The notes beneath the pieces are model-generated. The model made no database searches. It was not told where the DNA came from and saw nothing but the letters and a program-made list of their open reading frames with translations. Of a stretch of DNA of 64,000 nucleotides, positions 1 through 12,060 are shown piece after piece. Source of the stretch: Eledone cirrhosa (lineage: Eukaryota); contig OZ024759.1 of NCBI GenBank assembly GCA_964016885.1, forward strand, positions 15,872,001 to 15,936,000, given 5' to 3'. Numbering within the stretch: the stretch's first letter is position 1; each line of letters begins with the position of its first letter. Both the position numbers and the translations under genes were made by a program.

Positions 1-344
1 TAGGGGTGTGTAAATCTCTGCGTCAAGGTGTCATAACGTAACCATCTCACAATAGAAATACGTATTACGTTTAATTGAGCGAGAGGGAGAGATGGGTGAA
101 GAATTGACCCCAGTACTTGACTGGTTGTTTTTGGTTATTGTTTTTTTATCAACCTCGAAAGGCTGATAAGCAAAATTGAATTCAGAATGTAGAGAACCGG
201 ACCGAATACCCCAAATCATTCAATCAGGTGTTCTATCTGTCTTTTAAAATGTATTAATGTTTTCATATTTTAAATCATTTTTCCATGTCACATCGAAGCT
301 GGATCTTTTTCGTTTTGCTATTCTAACTTTCTTCAGATATCTTT

Positions 345-812
345 TTTATTATTCTTTTCTTCGCCCACTTATTCCTGAAATGGTTGTGGGGGCAGAATCT
401 TCAAACCCTCCTTCCAGCGGGTCATGTCAGAAGCAACCGTCTCCAACTGATCCGGCTGGACGCCCGAGCGTAACCAGCCAAGCTCATGGATGTTATCCAA
501 CTGATCCGGCTGGACGCCCGAGCGTAACCAGCCAAGCTCATGGATGTTATCCAACTGATCCGGCTGGACGCCCGAGCGTAACCAGCCAAGCTCATGGATG
601 TTATCCAACTGATCCGGCTGGACGCCCGAGCGTAACCAGCCAAGCTCATGGATGTTATCCAACTGATCCGGCTGGACGCCCGAGCGTAACCAGCCAAGCT
701 CATGGATGTTATCCAACCATCTTGCTCTGGGGTCATCCCTGGGTCTCCTACCTCCTGGTTTCACCCGTAAAATCTGTCCAACGATTCTTTCCTCAGACAT
801 TCCAACCACTTA
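345..812 (-). mobile_element. RTE-clade LINE 3' fragment with an internal 54-bp tandem expansion
   Basis: Minus ORF 369-809 has RTE C-terminal-like PGGRRPR..PRARWLDNI. It shares its 3' region with 34515-34770 and is flanked by ~84-bp direct repeats. Confidence 0.7.
443..717. repeat. 54-bp tandem repeat, about 5 copies
   Basis: Unit ccaactgatccggctggacgcccgagcgtaaccagccaagctcatggatgttat is repeated identically. Confidence 0.95.
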
Positions 813-1350
813 CGTTTTCATATTTTAAATCATTTTTTCTTGTCACATCAAAACTGGATCTTTTTCGTTTTCCTATTCTGAATTTCTTCAGATATTCTGA
901 ACAATTTTCTAATATTAATTAATCAATCAATCATTTAATTAATTGCTTTATTCAGTTATTGTTAATTATTAACCAATTAAACAATTAAATATAATTATAT
1001 TTAAATTCTGAATAAATTTAAATGCAATCAGCTCTTCCACATCGAAAAACTAACTAGAGAAAAAAATGTTAATCATAAATATAATCATTAATATTTAAAT
1101 TCATATTTCTGACATCTAACATCGTTCCAGAACATTCGATTTTTTAGGAGGGTGTATTTAAGTGTCAGATTTACTTTCTCTGCTAGATTATATGTTGTCG
1201 TCATTGTTTATATTTTGCTCTGTTCATTTACAGTTGGTTAAGTTTAAGCTTAATATGAGTATCGGATGAAACATTCATAGGCTGACTATGCAAGATTGAT
1301 GCTAGGGCTGTGAAATCTTGCATGCATTAATTTCAACTCTTAATAATAAC

Positions 1351-1790
1351 TGGTGGATTGGCAGTTTCGGTAGAGAGGGTCGGACGCCATGCTTTCCAGC
1401 ATAGTGTTACGTCCCGTTACGGACTGAGTTCAAATCCCGCCGAGGTTAACTTTGCCTTTCATCCTTACGAGGTCGATAAAATAAAGTACCAGTAACCCAA
1501 TAGGGTCGATTTAGTCGACTTTCCCTTCCCTCAAAATTGCTGGCCTTGTGCCTATACAAAAAAACATTATTATTATTATTATTATTAGTTTGATAAGGGC
1601 GGTGGATTGGCAGAATTTCTAGAGCGTCGGACACCGTGCTTTGTGGTATAGAGTTACGGTCCTTTACGGTCTGAGTTCAAATCCCGCCGAGGTTAACTTT
1701 GCCTTTCATCCTTACGGAGTCGATAAAATAAAGTACCAGTAATGCACTGGGGTAATTTGCTGGCCTTGCGCCAAAAGAAGAAACAATTAT
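1351..1790 (+). mobile_element. Two tandem copies of tRNA-derived SINE family 1
   Basis: A-box-like tggcagt..cgg, B-box gagttcaaatcc, conserved core tttgcctttcatccttacggggtcgataaaataaagtaccag and (att)n tail. Confidence 0.9.
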
Positions 1791-2075
1791 TAACTCATCA
1801 TCCTTAACTTCATCACCACCATCTCCCTCGCTACCATCCATATCATCGTCACTACTACCATCATCATCATCACTATCATCATCACCAACATCACCTTTAC
1901 CTTCGTCGCCCCCATCGTCACCTTCACTACCATCATCACCACTACCATCATCGCCACTACCATCACCAACACCACCATCACCACAACCATCACCAACACC
2001 ACCATCACCACAATCATCGCCATTATCACAACCATCGTCATTTTCGTTAATACCAACATCACTACCATCACCATT
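1790..2075. repeat. Degenerate (CAT/CAC)n low-complexity tract
   Basis: Trinucleotide periodicity; the overlapping M/V-rich ORF is an artefact. Confidence 0.85.
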
Positions 2076-3332
2076 TGATTAATACACCTTTCATTTAGCG
2101 TTCTGTATAAAGGTGAACATGCCTCATGTACGGTTGTAAGGGGGTAGAAAGAACAGGGGTGGAGGTGAGGGGTATTCAATGTTGGACCGAGATGTAAGAG
2201 GTGTGTAAACTTTCCCTTCACACATCGTACTTGTTAATTCTTAACACCTTGTAATGGTTTAGCAGAGATTCTAAATACGTGATTCATTGACAGTGTTTGT
2301 ACTTTTTTTTTAAATGCCATGCTAATGCGGTCTCATGTGGTTTGTTAATTCAAATGTTTATAGTGTTTTTACTAGTGGACAAATCCTGTTTTCTGTGATA
2401 CCTACCCCCACTACCATAAGTTTCGACGGTTTGCGGGGGTCAGATTTATTCAATTCGAAACATCACAAACCGCAAATTTCACTTCCCCATCACAAAAAAA
2501 TTGTCGCTACAGTGCCGGCCGCCTTCCACGCCATGCTGCCCTCAACGAGTTCATAAAGCATGGCTTGGATGCTCCATGCTTCCCCTCCGCTCTCAGCTCG
2601 AGCTGGTGGGACTGGACCGAGGGGACGGCAAAAGGGCAGACGGCCTGACCAACTTCCCATTCCGCGGTGGCAAACCCCTCGTCTGGAATGCCACTTGCAG
2701 CCAAAAAACGGTTGTAATAGTAAAAATTTACAGAGAAAAAACATAGCAAAGCCTTTTTAATCTGAAGCTCCAAACAACTCTGCTAATTTACTTCCTTAGG
2801 GTATAGATAAGTGAAATATAAACCAGCTGGCATATGGATATAATATAAAGATAAAATGATGGCCGCATATTTGCTATGATCTATACATCAACGCCCGAAC
2901 AGACGTGACATGTGTACTGATTAATATGATATAGTAATTTTAAAATATATAGATTACAACCTAAGACGCTCGGCTGTATAATTATCCAAACATAAAACAA
3001 ACAAAACAAACAAACCGACAAACAAACCGACAAATAATAATAACACAACAAAACAAAATAAGATCTCCATTTGTAATTCCAGGCCATAGATATGGAAATA
3101 CTGAAATATATACGGCATGGAACTCTAATAGGCTTATACAAAGTGACTGGGGTGTATATGATTAAAAACAAAATAACATTAGCATATAGAGAGATATATG
3201 CTAATAGTGATAGGTTTGGTTTCTTTTTTTATTTTGGGTTATTTTTTAGCAGACATGATTGTGTGGTTAAAAGGTTTTTGCATCACAACCAAGATTTTTT
3301 TTTTTTTTTTCCGGTTCTATCTAACTACTGTA

Positions 3333-3720
3333 AGGCAGCGAATTGGCAGATTCGTTAGAACGTCGGATAGAATACTTTGCAGTAGTCGTTTCGGTTCTCT
3401 GCTTCAAGAATTCAAACCCTACCGAGGTTAATTTTGCCTTTCATCCTTTCGAGATCGATCAAAAAAAGTATCAATCTAGCACTGGATTCTATTCTTCTTC
3501 AATATCTCTTTCTCGCTTCTTTTTTCTCAATCTTTCTCTGGAAGAAATCTGCTCTATTCAGACCTGGAGAGGGATGAGCTTCATCGGGTTTTAAAATGCC
3601 CTAGAAATGCGGTATGCCGTTCCTACGAATCCCTTCAAGAGTTACAGGACTATGCATGCTAAGCAGTTTACTACTGTGTTTCACCTTGGCCAAGTGGCTT
3701 CTGATATAAACTCGGGTTGA
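3333..3720 (+). mobile_element. Diverged SINE family 1 variant with an extended 3' body
   Basis: SINE head and core followed by a CT-rich tract and agaaatctgc..ttcagacc. Related copies lie at 12850-13165 (-) and 63460-63790 (+). Confidence 0.6.
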
Positions 3721-4708
3721 GTGAACGTAAAGGGTCATAATACCATGCCGCAAAGCATGGCGTCCGACCCTCTACCGATAATGAAGAAATGTGTTTGTTT
3801 GTTTCGCAATTGATAGAATTAATTTTTTTTTTTTTTCAAAAGCGATAAAAAATTTAATTCCTACCTGTTAATATCCAAGTTTCTCACAGTAACATTAACT
3901 CCGTGTTGCTTTGGTTGGTAAGAATATCCGAAACTAGATTTGGGCGAGGCCAAGTCACGTGCAACGACGACAGCCAATAATAATTTCCAGCTTAGACCAA
4001 CAATTTTGAAGAGGTGGAAGTCGGTTCAATCCACATAAGTTTTTGACAGGTAAAGTTATTTTCGACAGGATTTCAATTTCTTCTTGTGTATGAGTTGGTC
4101 TGTGGTTGGTGTCGTTCGCCTGGAAGAGATCAGATATCAGTGATAAGTTTCCAGGGCCCATCACGACGAGGTCGACAAACGTGGGCCCCAGGATATGAAT
4201 TCAGAACGTTAAGAGCTGGAACAAATATCGTTTCTGATTTAGACACAAGGCCAATAATTTTTGGGGAGGGGAAAGTCAATTAAATAGCATCCCAGTGCAT
4301 TACAGATACTTCATTTTATCGACCCCCGTAAGGATGAAAGGCAAAGTTAACCTCGGCGGGATTAACTTTGCCTTTCATCCTTACGGGATTTGTCCTAAAT
4401 AATAAAAACATGTTAATTTACACAATATAAGTTGTTTTTATACCTCCATGGTCGAACGTATCTATGGATAAAACCCTTTAACTCCTGACCAACTGGTATT
4501 TTCAAACATAATTCATATCCCGCTATACAACTCAGTATGTCATTTCTTTTAAGATTCGGCTGTTATATCTAACAGGTCTGGAGTCCCTATTCCACAACAG
4601 TCAATACATCGTTTCCGATAATAATTTGTTTCACCTCAAACGGATCATCAAACTCCTCCTATGGACTGAGTGCTCTACTACTACGGATATAACCCTCCAG
4701 CGTTCTAC

Positions 4709-4743
<35 letters not shown>

Positions 4744-6170
4744 AAAAAATGAGAATCAGTGTTGCGACGAAAGAAATTTATTTGACATATTACAAATATT
4801 TCTCGGGCGACCAGCTCGAGGCACGATCGATATGGTGATCACACCTGCCTCGAACTGGTCGCCTGAGAAACATTTGTAATATGTCCAATAAATTCACCTT
4901 ACAGTCACATAGAGGGATTGTTTCACTAAGACATATTTTCTGAAACACCTGCTCATGATCTATGGGAAATGTGATTCTTGTAGCATATTTAGTAAAACAA
5001 TCCAGGTGTCATAGTTATGAAGGTACATTTTCCATTTTAATTAATCTGTTTAATTATAATGTATTTCCTGTACCTTTCACAGTTTTTATGTCTTTCACTC
5101 TAGTGGTAATATACACCCTGTAATTAAAACAACTTCTTTACGTGTTTTATCTCCTCTCTCTATATATATATATATATATTATGTATCTTTCAAAATGTTT
5201 GATTTCTGGTTCACAGTTTTGATTTTTTAATTGCTATATATTTATTAATGATTCTAAGATTATAATTAGTTAATGTTCAGTGCTCTAAAGCGGCGACGGG
5301 CTAGGTTTTATCGGTGGTGCTGATAGTGGTGGTGGTATTAATGATTAATAGTGGTGGTAGTGGTGGTGGTGATAGTGATGGTAGTGGTGGTATTAATGAC
5401 AAGCTGAGTTCCAATATTTAAAAAAAACGACGCAGACATAAATTCAGTTACTGCAAATTAACGTGAAAATGTTAAGAGTTTCTAGAATCATCCGAGTTAT
5501 TTAAAATGTCAACTGTAAAAAAACAAGCAGGTCTGGCTTAAATAATACGAGATCTCATTATGTAACTTTTAACACAGAAGAGTTACACATATTACACAGA
5601 AAATATGGAGACATTCACAAGTGTAATATTTGGATTGGCAGTATCGGTAGAGGGTCAGACACCATGCTTTGTAGCATAGAGTTACGGCCCTTTACGATCT
5701 GAGTTCAAATCACCGGTTCTTAATATAATTTGCACATCTGCTCTGCTAGAAATATCACACAAATTGCCCTCAAATTGTGTCATATCACATTTTTTAATGA
5801 AGGGCATGTTAGATAACACAATCTTAAACACTATCGTGTCTGAATGAACAGCGATGTTCATGGCTGGAACGCTTTTGGCTATAGATTTGCTTAACCAGGG
5901 TTGGACAACACGTACAATAGTGTATGTACTCACACCCTTTTATACACTAGAATTATGGCAGCTATACACACTATTGCAGACTATGGGAACATTATATACC
6001 CGCGTACACATACACACACATACAAAAAAATGACACACAATCACACAGAGAGCAAACGTGGATACAAACTCTCTTTCCTTCTTCTCCTCACTTCTTCTCT
6101 CACGCAGACAAACACATACACACACGCACACATATATATATATATGTGTGTGTGTATGTGTGTATGTGTT

Positions 6171-6199
<29 letters not shown>

Positions 6200-6201
<2 letters not shown>

Positions 6202-6359
6202 GAACGAGTAGGACCCCGACGGCTGAGCTCAAGCCGTTTCGACGGCTAATTCTGGACTGAATTAGCCGTCGAAACGTTCCTATTACCCACTCTATTACCC
6301 TAAGTATTGAGTACTTTGGTGCGTTATGGTCCACCTGGTTCCTTACCACACTTCCTTCG

Positions 6360-6393
<34 letters not shown>

Positions 6394-6530
6394 GAAAATA
6401 TTTGACCATTTGTCGAAACGGCTTGAGCTCTGCCGTCGGGGTCAAACATTTTCCTATTACCCACTCTACTACACTAAGTATTGAGTACTCTGGTGCGTTA
6501 TGGTCCATCTGGTCCATCCACCTCCTTTGT
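6200..6530 (+). mobile_element. (TA)n-flanked repeat family E, two copies, with a hammerhead 3' half
   Basis: Shared body ttcctattacccactctactacc..gagtactctggtgcgttatggtccacc also occurs near 15605, 24640, 44357 and 47720. Contains gaaacggc-ttgagctc(a/t)-gccgtc. Confidence 0.7.
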
Positions 6531-6947
6531 TTTATATATATATATATTTACATATATATATATATCACAGCCAAACATACACTCCCTTTTCTCTTTCGTA
6601 GATATGAACATACACACACATATATACAATCATACATACATACACACATACATACATACACACGCACTTACATACATACATACACACTTACATACATATA
6701 TACAAATATACACACATACGCACATACATACACACATACACACATACATATATACGTACATACATATACATACATACATAGATACATACACGCATACATA
6801 CATACATACATACATACATATACACACACATACAAACATACACACATACGTACAAACATACATACAGTGACAGTAACACATATATTCACACACATATATT
6901 CACTCTGTTACACTAAAAACACCAACAGAAACACATTATGAGTCAAA

Positions 6948-7190
6948 GAGTAAAATTGGGTAGACGGAAACTGCATGGAAGCCCGTTGGATAAGCTGTAT
7001 CTGTAATTCAACTGACTAGTCCCATCCCACACAGTTTAACGTTGAATCACCCTGAGAAATCTGTGAATTACATGTCTGGGAAAATACTTAGCCACTTACT
7101 TTGCACGTTTATTTCACGTTGAATAAACAACTAGAACGCTCATCATCGAAGCGACGGAAATCCATTCCTTTCCTTTCCACTAACTGTCCA
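6948..7190 (+). mobile_element. Diverged 5'-truncated SINE family 2-related fragment with a 50-bp TSD
   Basis: Similar to 47005-47326 and 7715-8280; perfect direct repeat at 6898-6947 and 7191-7240. Confidence 0.6.
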
Positions 7191-7417
7191 ATTCACTCTG
7201 TTACACTAAAAACACCAACAGAAACACATTATGAGTCAAACTAAAGCAAGACAGTCGACTCATTGACGTTAAATTAAGGAAACTATATAAAAAGTATTAA
7301 ATTTGATAGACTGAAACATTTATAGCCTTAGAGTTAAAATGAAACCATTCATCAGGTTACCTACAACTGACTTATATGTGTTTAAAGGTGGGAACTGAAT
7401 ATATATAGTCAAATAAT

Positions 7418-7637
7418 AATTGTTTCTACTTTTTGGCACAAGGCCAGCAATTTTGGCGATGGGGAAAGTCGATTAAATCGACCCCAGTGCGTGACAGGTA
7501 CTTTATTTTATCGACCCCGTAAGGATGAAAGGCAAAGTTAACCTCGGCGGGATTTGAACTCAGATCATAAAGGACCGTAACTCTATACTGCAAAGCATGG
7601 CGTCAGGCCCTCTACCGACACTGCCAATCCACCGCCC
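7418..7637 (-). mobile_element. Full-length SINE family 1 with TSD
   Basis: Complete head-core-tail; atatagtcaaataataat occurs on both sides. Confidence 0.9.
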
Positions 7638-7714
7638 TATATAGTCAAATAATAATAACTTTGCGTTGTGAGAACTGAATGAACCTACGTCACTTTCGGC
7701 GGTGAGTATTCAAG

Positions 7715-8280
7715 TTGTCTGATCAACAGAACAGCGTGCTCGTGAAATTAACGTGTATATAGCTGTGTGTTCTACAGACACGTTTATCTTTAATGTAGTT
7801 CTCAGGGAGTTTCGGACTGACACAGTGTAAGGCCTGGTTGACCCTTTGAATTACAGGTTCATCTTGTATTGTATTATAGTGTAAATGCTTGAGTATTCCA
7901 TAGGCACGTGTACCCTTAAGGTAGATCTCTGGGTGGTTCGCTGTTATACAGTGTGTGACAAGGCTGGTCCTTTGAATTACAGGTACAGTCCATCTTGTAT
8001 TACAGTATAAGTGGCTGAGCATTCCACAGACGCGTGTACCTATAAGGTAGTTTTTTAGGGTGATTCAGTGTGACACGGTGTGTGACGAAGTTGGTCATTT
8101 GAATTACAGCTACAGACCAGCCATCTGACAGGCTTCCAAACAGCCTCTGTTGACCCAATTTCACTCACAAGGCTTGGGTTGAGCCGATGTTATGGTAAAC
8201 GACATTTTCTCCAGGTTCATCGCCATGAAACTGAACCCGACACCAAATTATTGCGAAGCGAAATTGTTTACCATTTAACT
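7715..8280 (-). mobile_element. SINE family 2-related element with internal tandem ~120-bp segments
   Basis: Three repeats of tttgaattacagg; reverse complement of the 47140-47280 body; tRNA-like head near 8220-8280. Confidence 0.6.
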
Positions 8281-8439
8281 TCAGTCATGCAGCTTCCAAA
8301 GTTCAAAGTATAAAGCCAACTTATATTAATGTCTTGAACACTGTAGCAGCGTGATTAATACCAAACCGAACTCTGGATAAGTACGAAACAATCTGTATCT
8401 TAGTAACATTTAACTTTTAATATTAATCTATTCCTATGT

Positions 8440-10100
8440 CCGTAGTGAATGTTTGAACTGTCTGTACAAAGGAATCAATATGTTCATAGGATTTCCCATA
8501 AAGTTTTAAGTCATCCGTGAACAGCAGGTGGTTTATCTTAAACTCACATCCTCCCCACTCGTAACCAGCTTTTAACCTTAACACTCATGAAAGTGAAACC
8601 ATACACAGTACAAACAGAAAAGGCGAAATACTGTCTCCCTCATATATTCCTCTCTTTATGTTCACAACTGCCAATGTCTGTCTACATGATGTCAGCTCAG
8701 TCTCCCAACCAACCATACTGCTCACCATAAGCTATGTGACACCATGTCATAAACATTGTGGTAATCGATCCAGGCCTTGGCAAGATTTGTGTGTCCCCTT
8801 TTATAGTCTTTAAGGATCTCTTTATCAATCAACAATTGATCCTTAGTTCCCCTGCTTCTTCTCTTTCATCTCTTTTGCTCTTCAAATAGTGTCTGCTCCA
8901 GATACCCATACATTGCCTCATCAATGATCCCTGTCATAAGCAGCTTCTACATAAGAGGAAGGCAAGAGATAGGTCTAAAGTTGTCAACTACATTTCATTT
9001 CCTGGGATCCTTCAAACGCAAGATCTTTCTCCCAAAGGTTAGCCATTCTGGGAACCTCTCCTTTCCATTCAAGATCTTATTCAGTTGCTCAACAATTCTC
9101 CCACGAAGAGCGCTCAGCCTTTTAAACCAGAACCCTTGCACACCGTCTCTGTCGACTGCTTTCCAATTTGGCATATTTCTACACTGAATAGTTACCATTA
9201 TCAGTTGTTATCTCCAATTCTCTCTGTTGCTTATCCCCAATGTCATTTTTTATGTTAGTCAGCCACTCCACACCTCTCATGTGCTCCTACACTCCAGATA
9301 CCACTCCAAAACTTCTTACTTTCATCTGCATCAGGAATTACATCATCATTCCTAACCATTCCATTTAACTTATCATAGAATATCTTCCAATTTTGTTGGA
9401 AATATACACTCTGTTTATACTATGTGATCTGCTGTTCACATCTCTTAATCTTTGCAGCTTTGGCAAGTACCTTTTATTTCAGCTTTTCAATTACTGTAGT
9501 AATCTTCTTTCTTCTGATATTGTACTTCCCTGTAAGTTATTCAATCTTTCCCCTTTTTTTTTAATTTCACCTCATTTTTCCCTTTCCATAATATTAATAT
9601 CTTTCCTAAGCATTTTGACATCCCTTCAATTCTCCTTTTCCACCATCGTTCCTTGATCTGCTTTTGTGTAGTGCGTTTCAAACCTAACTCTTTAGCATTG
9701 TAAATACATGCATAACTGATGAGATTGTTGGTTTCTCTGATGGTTCTAGTTGGCACCTTCTCAAGGATGTTGTATATTTTGTCAGCTATTTCTTTTAGCT
9801 GACGTTGGTTTGCTTTTACAATTTTTTTTAATACTGTCTCCTGCTTATATCAGCAATCATCCGTCTGTCTTTTTTTTTATATGTCCTTCAGTTCGTTAAT
9901 GTCACCTCTCTCATCCTCTCGAATATTCAATTCCCATTCTTCCTGATGGATTCCTTCATTTTGCATTCACTCATCGCTATTTGAATCTCCAACATCCTGA
10001 GCTTCTATATCCTCCACACCCGCCTGGTTTATCTTTTTTCTTTATCATTTCAATCTCAATCTCCGATTGCCATCCGTTTTTGCACATTGCCCGTGTCGGA
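8440..10100 (-). mobile_element. Degraded R4/Dong-like non-LTR retrotransposon (N-terminal region plus RT)
   Basis: Frameshifted fragments [47 protein letters not shown] and HLLFTDDLKLYGKS are homologous to ORF 48326-50494. Confidence 0.85.
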
Positions 10101-10214
10101 TCACAAATCACGAGATTAGCTTTGCCTTTCATCCTTACGGGGTCGATAAAATAAAGCACCAGTAATGTACTGAGGTCGAGTTAATCGACTTTCCCCTCCT
10201 CCCAAATTACTGGT

Positions 10215-10655
10215 TTGAGATCGATGTGGAAGTCGGACCTTCGTAAAGACCTGACGATCTATCTCTTCATTGCTTTAGTTGAGTCTGTGCTGCTGTATGA
10301 GCCTGAGACTTGAACACTGACCAAGAAATTCACTCAGATGGTGAATGGGTGCTACACGAGAATTCTGAGGATGGCTATGAACATTAATCAGTATACACTG
10401 AGGATAAATAACTCAGAGATTTACGGGAGCCTCCCAAAAGTCAGCTCGAAAGTAACACAGAGGAGACTGAGCTTAGCTGGACATGCTCACTAACATTCAC
10501 GGACGCACTAGAAGAGGGAGACCGAATTGACATATGTTGATGCCCTAAAGAACTGACACTGGTCTTTTGGAGACGCAGGACATGGCAGAGATGATGAGGG
10601 ACAGAGAACGCTGGAGAGAACTCATACATGGATCTCGGGAATTTTACCCGCCCTA
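10215..10655 (+). mobile_element. Degraded RTE-like LINE 3' fragment
   Basis: Translates to LVESVLLYEPET*TLTK..NGCYTRILRMAMNI..RRLSLAGH, an RTE C-terminal pattern. Confidence 0.7.
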
Positions 10656-10668
10656 GATAGATAGATAG

Positions 10669-10714
<46 letters not shown>

Positions 10715-10905
10715 GGGCGGTGGATTGGCAGAATCGGTAGAGGGTCGGACACCATGCTTTGCAGCATAGAGTTACGGCTCTTTATGATCTGAGCTCAAAT
10801 CCGGCCGAGTTTCACTTTGCCTTTCATCCTTACGGGGTCGATAAAATAAAGTACCAGTAATGTACTGGGTATTTGCTGGCCTTGTGCCAAAAGTAGAAAC
10901 AATTA
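10715..10905 (+). mobile_element. SINE family 1 (short-tail variant)
   Basis: Head, core and tail present; adjacent to (att)n. Confidence 0.9.
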
Positions 10906-11147
10906 ATATTTTAGTGTAGCGAATATGGTGGAAATAACGATTTATATCTTGCGGCAATAATAAATACACATCAAGATATGGGTTTATATTATATATATTA
11001 TCTTCATAGTGAAAAAAAAAAAAACTACAACATTCTTACAACTGAATGAACTCTGCTAAAGGCACACAAGACTTTATGTATGAATATGGTTTCACGGCAC
11101 TACTAACACTCCTTAATAGTCAGCCAATGAACTTTTCAGCAACCCCC

Positions 11148-11175
11148 TGAAGAAAGGGTTATGCCCGAAACGTCG
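11148..11175 (+). ncRNA. Minimal hammerhead ribozyme-like core lacking stem I
   Basis: ctgaaga-aa-ggg ttatg ccc-gaaac-gtc. The downstream tail with AATAAA is shared with 30080-30150. Confidence 0.5.
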
Positions 11176-11258
11176 CCCCCCCCTCCTCAACTCTCAAGAG
11201 CGTGAAACTAATAAACCTTTGTTCGTACTGCCTTTCTGTTTTGTTCCCGTTCCATTTT

Positions 11259-11305
<47 letters not shown>

Positions 11306-11344
11306 GATATTAACAAATGGAAACTATATTTATAAAACCATATT

Positions 11345-11409
11345 TATTTTATTATACATATTTCAAGGATACCATGTTAAATTATGGTGTGCTTTCATCA
11401 GACAAAATA
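11345..11409 (-). ncRNA. Type I hammerhead ribozyme, family A (mirror copy)
   Basis: Exact reverse complement of 11571-11635. Confidence 0.7.
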
Positions 11410-11570
11410 CAATATATACCAGTTTTATAAATAAACATTGACGTACCCTTTCAAAATGCAACCGTTACTTTTGGAAGACATCACGATAGACTATCGTGAT
11501 GTCTTCCAAAAGTAACGGTTGCATTTTGAAAGGGTACGTCAATGTTTATTTATAAAACTGGTATATATTG

Positions 11571-11635
11571 TATTTTGTCTGATGAAAGCACACCATAATT
11601 TAACATGGTATCCTTGAAATATGTATAATAAAATA
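11571..11635 (+). ncRNA. Type I hammerhead ribozyme, family A
   Basis: Stem I tattttgt/ataaaata, CUGAUGA, stem II aag..accat/atggt..ctt, GAAA, stem III ata/tat, AUA triplet. Confidence 0.7.
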
Positions 11636-11762
11636 AATATGGTTTTATAAATATAGTTTCCATTTGTTAATAACGTATATTTACTCCAAATACTTGTCGA
11701 GTGCTTTATATCAGTTATAAAAATATTTGCTTGTTGTATCCCAACAATTTAAATAGAACTTT

Positions 11763-11797
<35 letters not shown>

Positions 11798-11919
11798 AAA
11801 TGTGTGAAATCCTTGGTACGGTTAGGCTTATTTGAAAAAAGGAAAAGAATGACTTCACTTGTAATTCTAAACAATTTGATTTAATTTTATAATATATACA
11901 TACATATATACATATGTGT

Positions 11920-12060
<141 letters not shown>

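Larger units (their letters stand above)
11300..11680. repeat. Near-perfect ~380-bp palindrome centred at 11490
   Basis: Arms of ~190 bp with a 1-nt spacer (cacgatag-a-ctatcgtg); one mismatch seen near the outer ends. Confidence 0.95.

Noticed and set aside
443-717. CRISPR-like periodicity, also at 19980-20425 and 42175-43010
   Set aside because: No unique spacers and no cas genes; these are plain tandem repeats in eukaryotic DNA.
1598-1690. tRNA genes at SINE heads
   Set aside because: A and B boxes are present but there is no full cloverleaf, and each continues into a SINE body.
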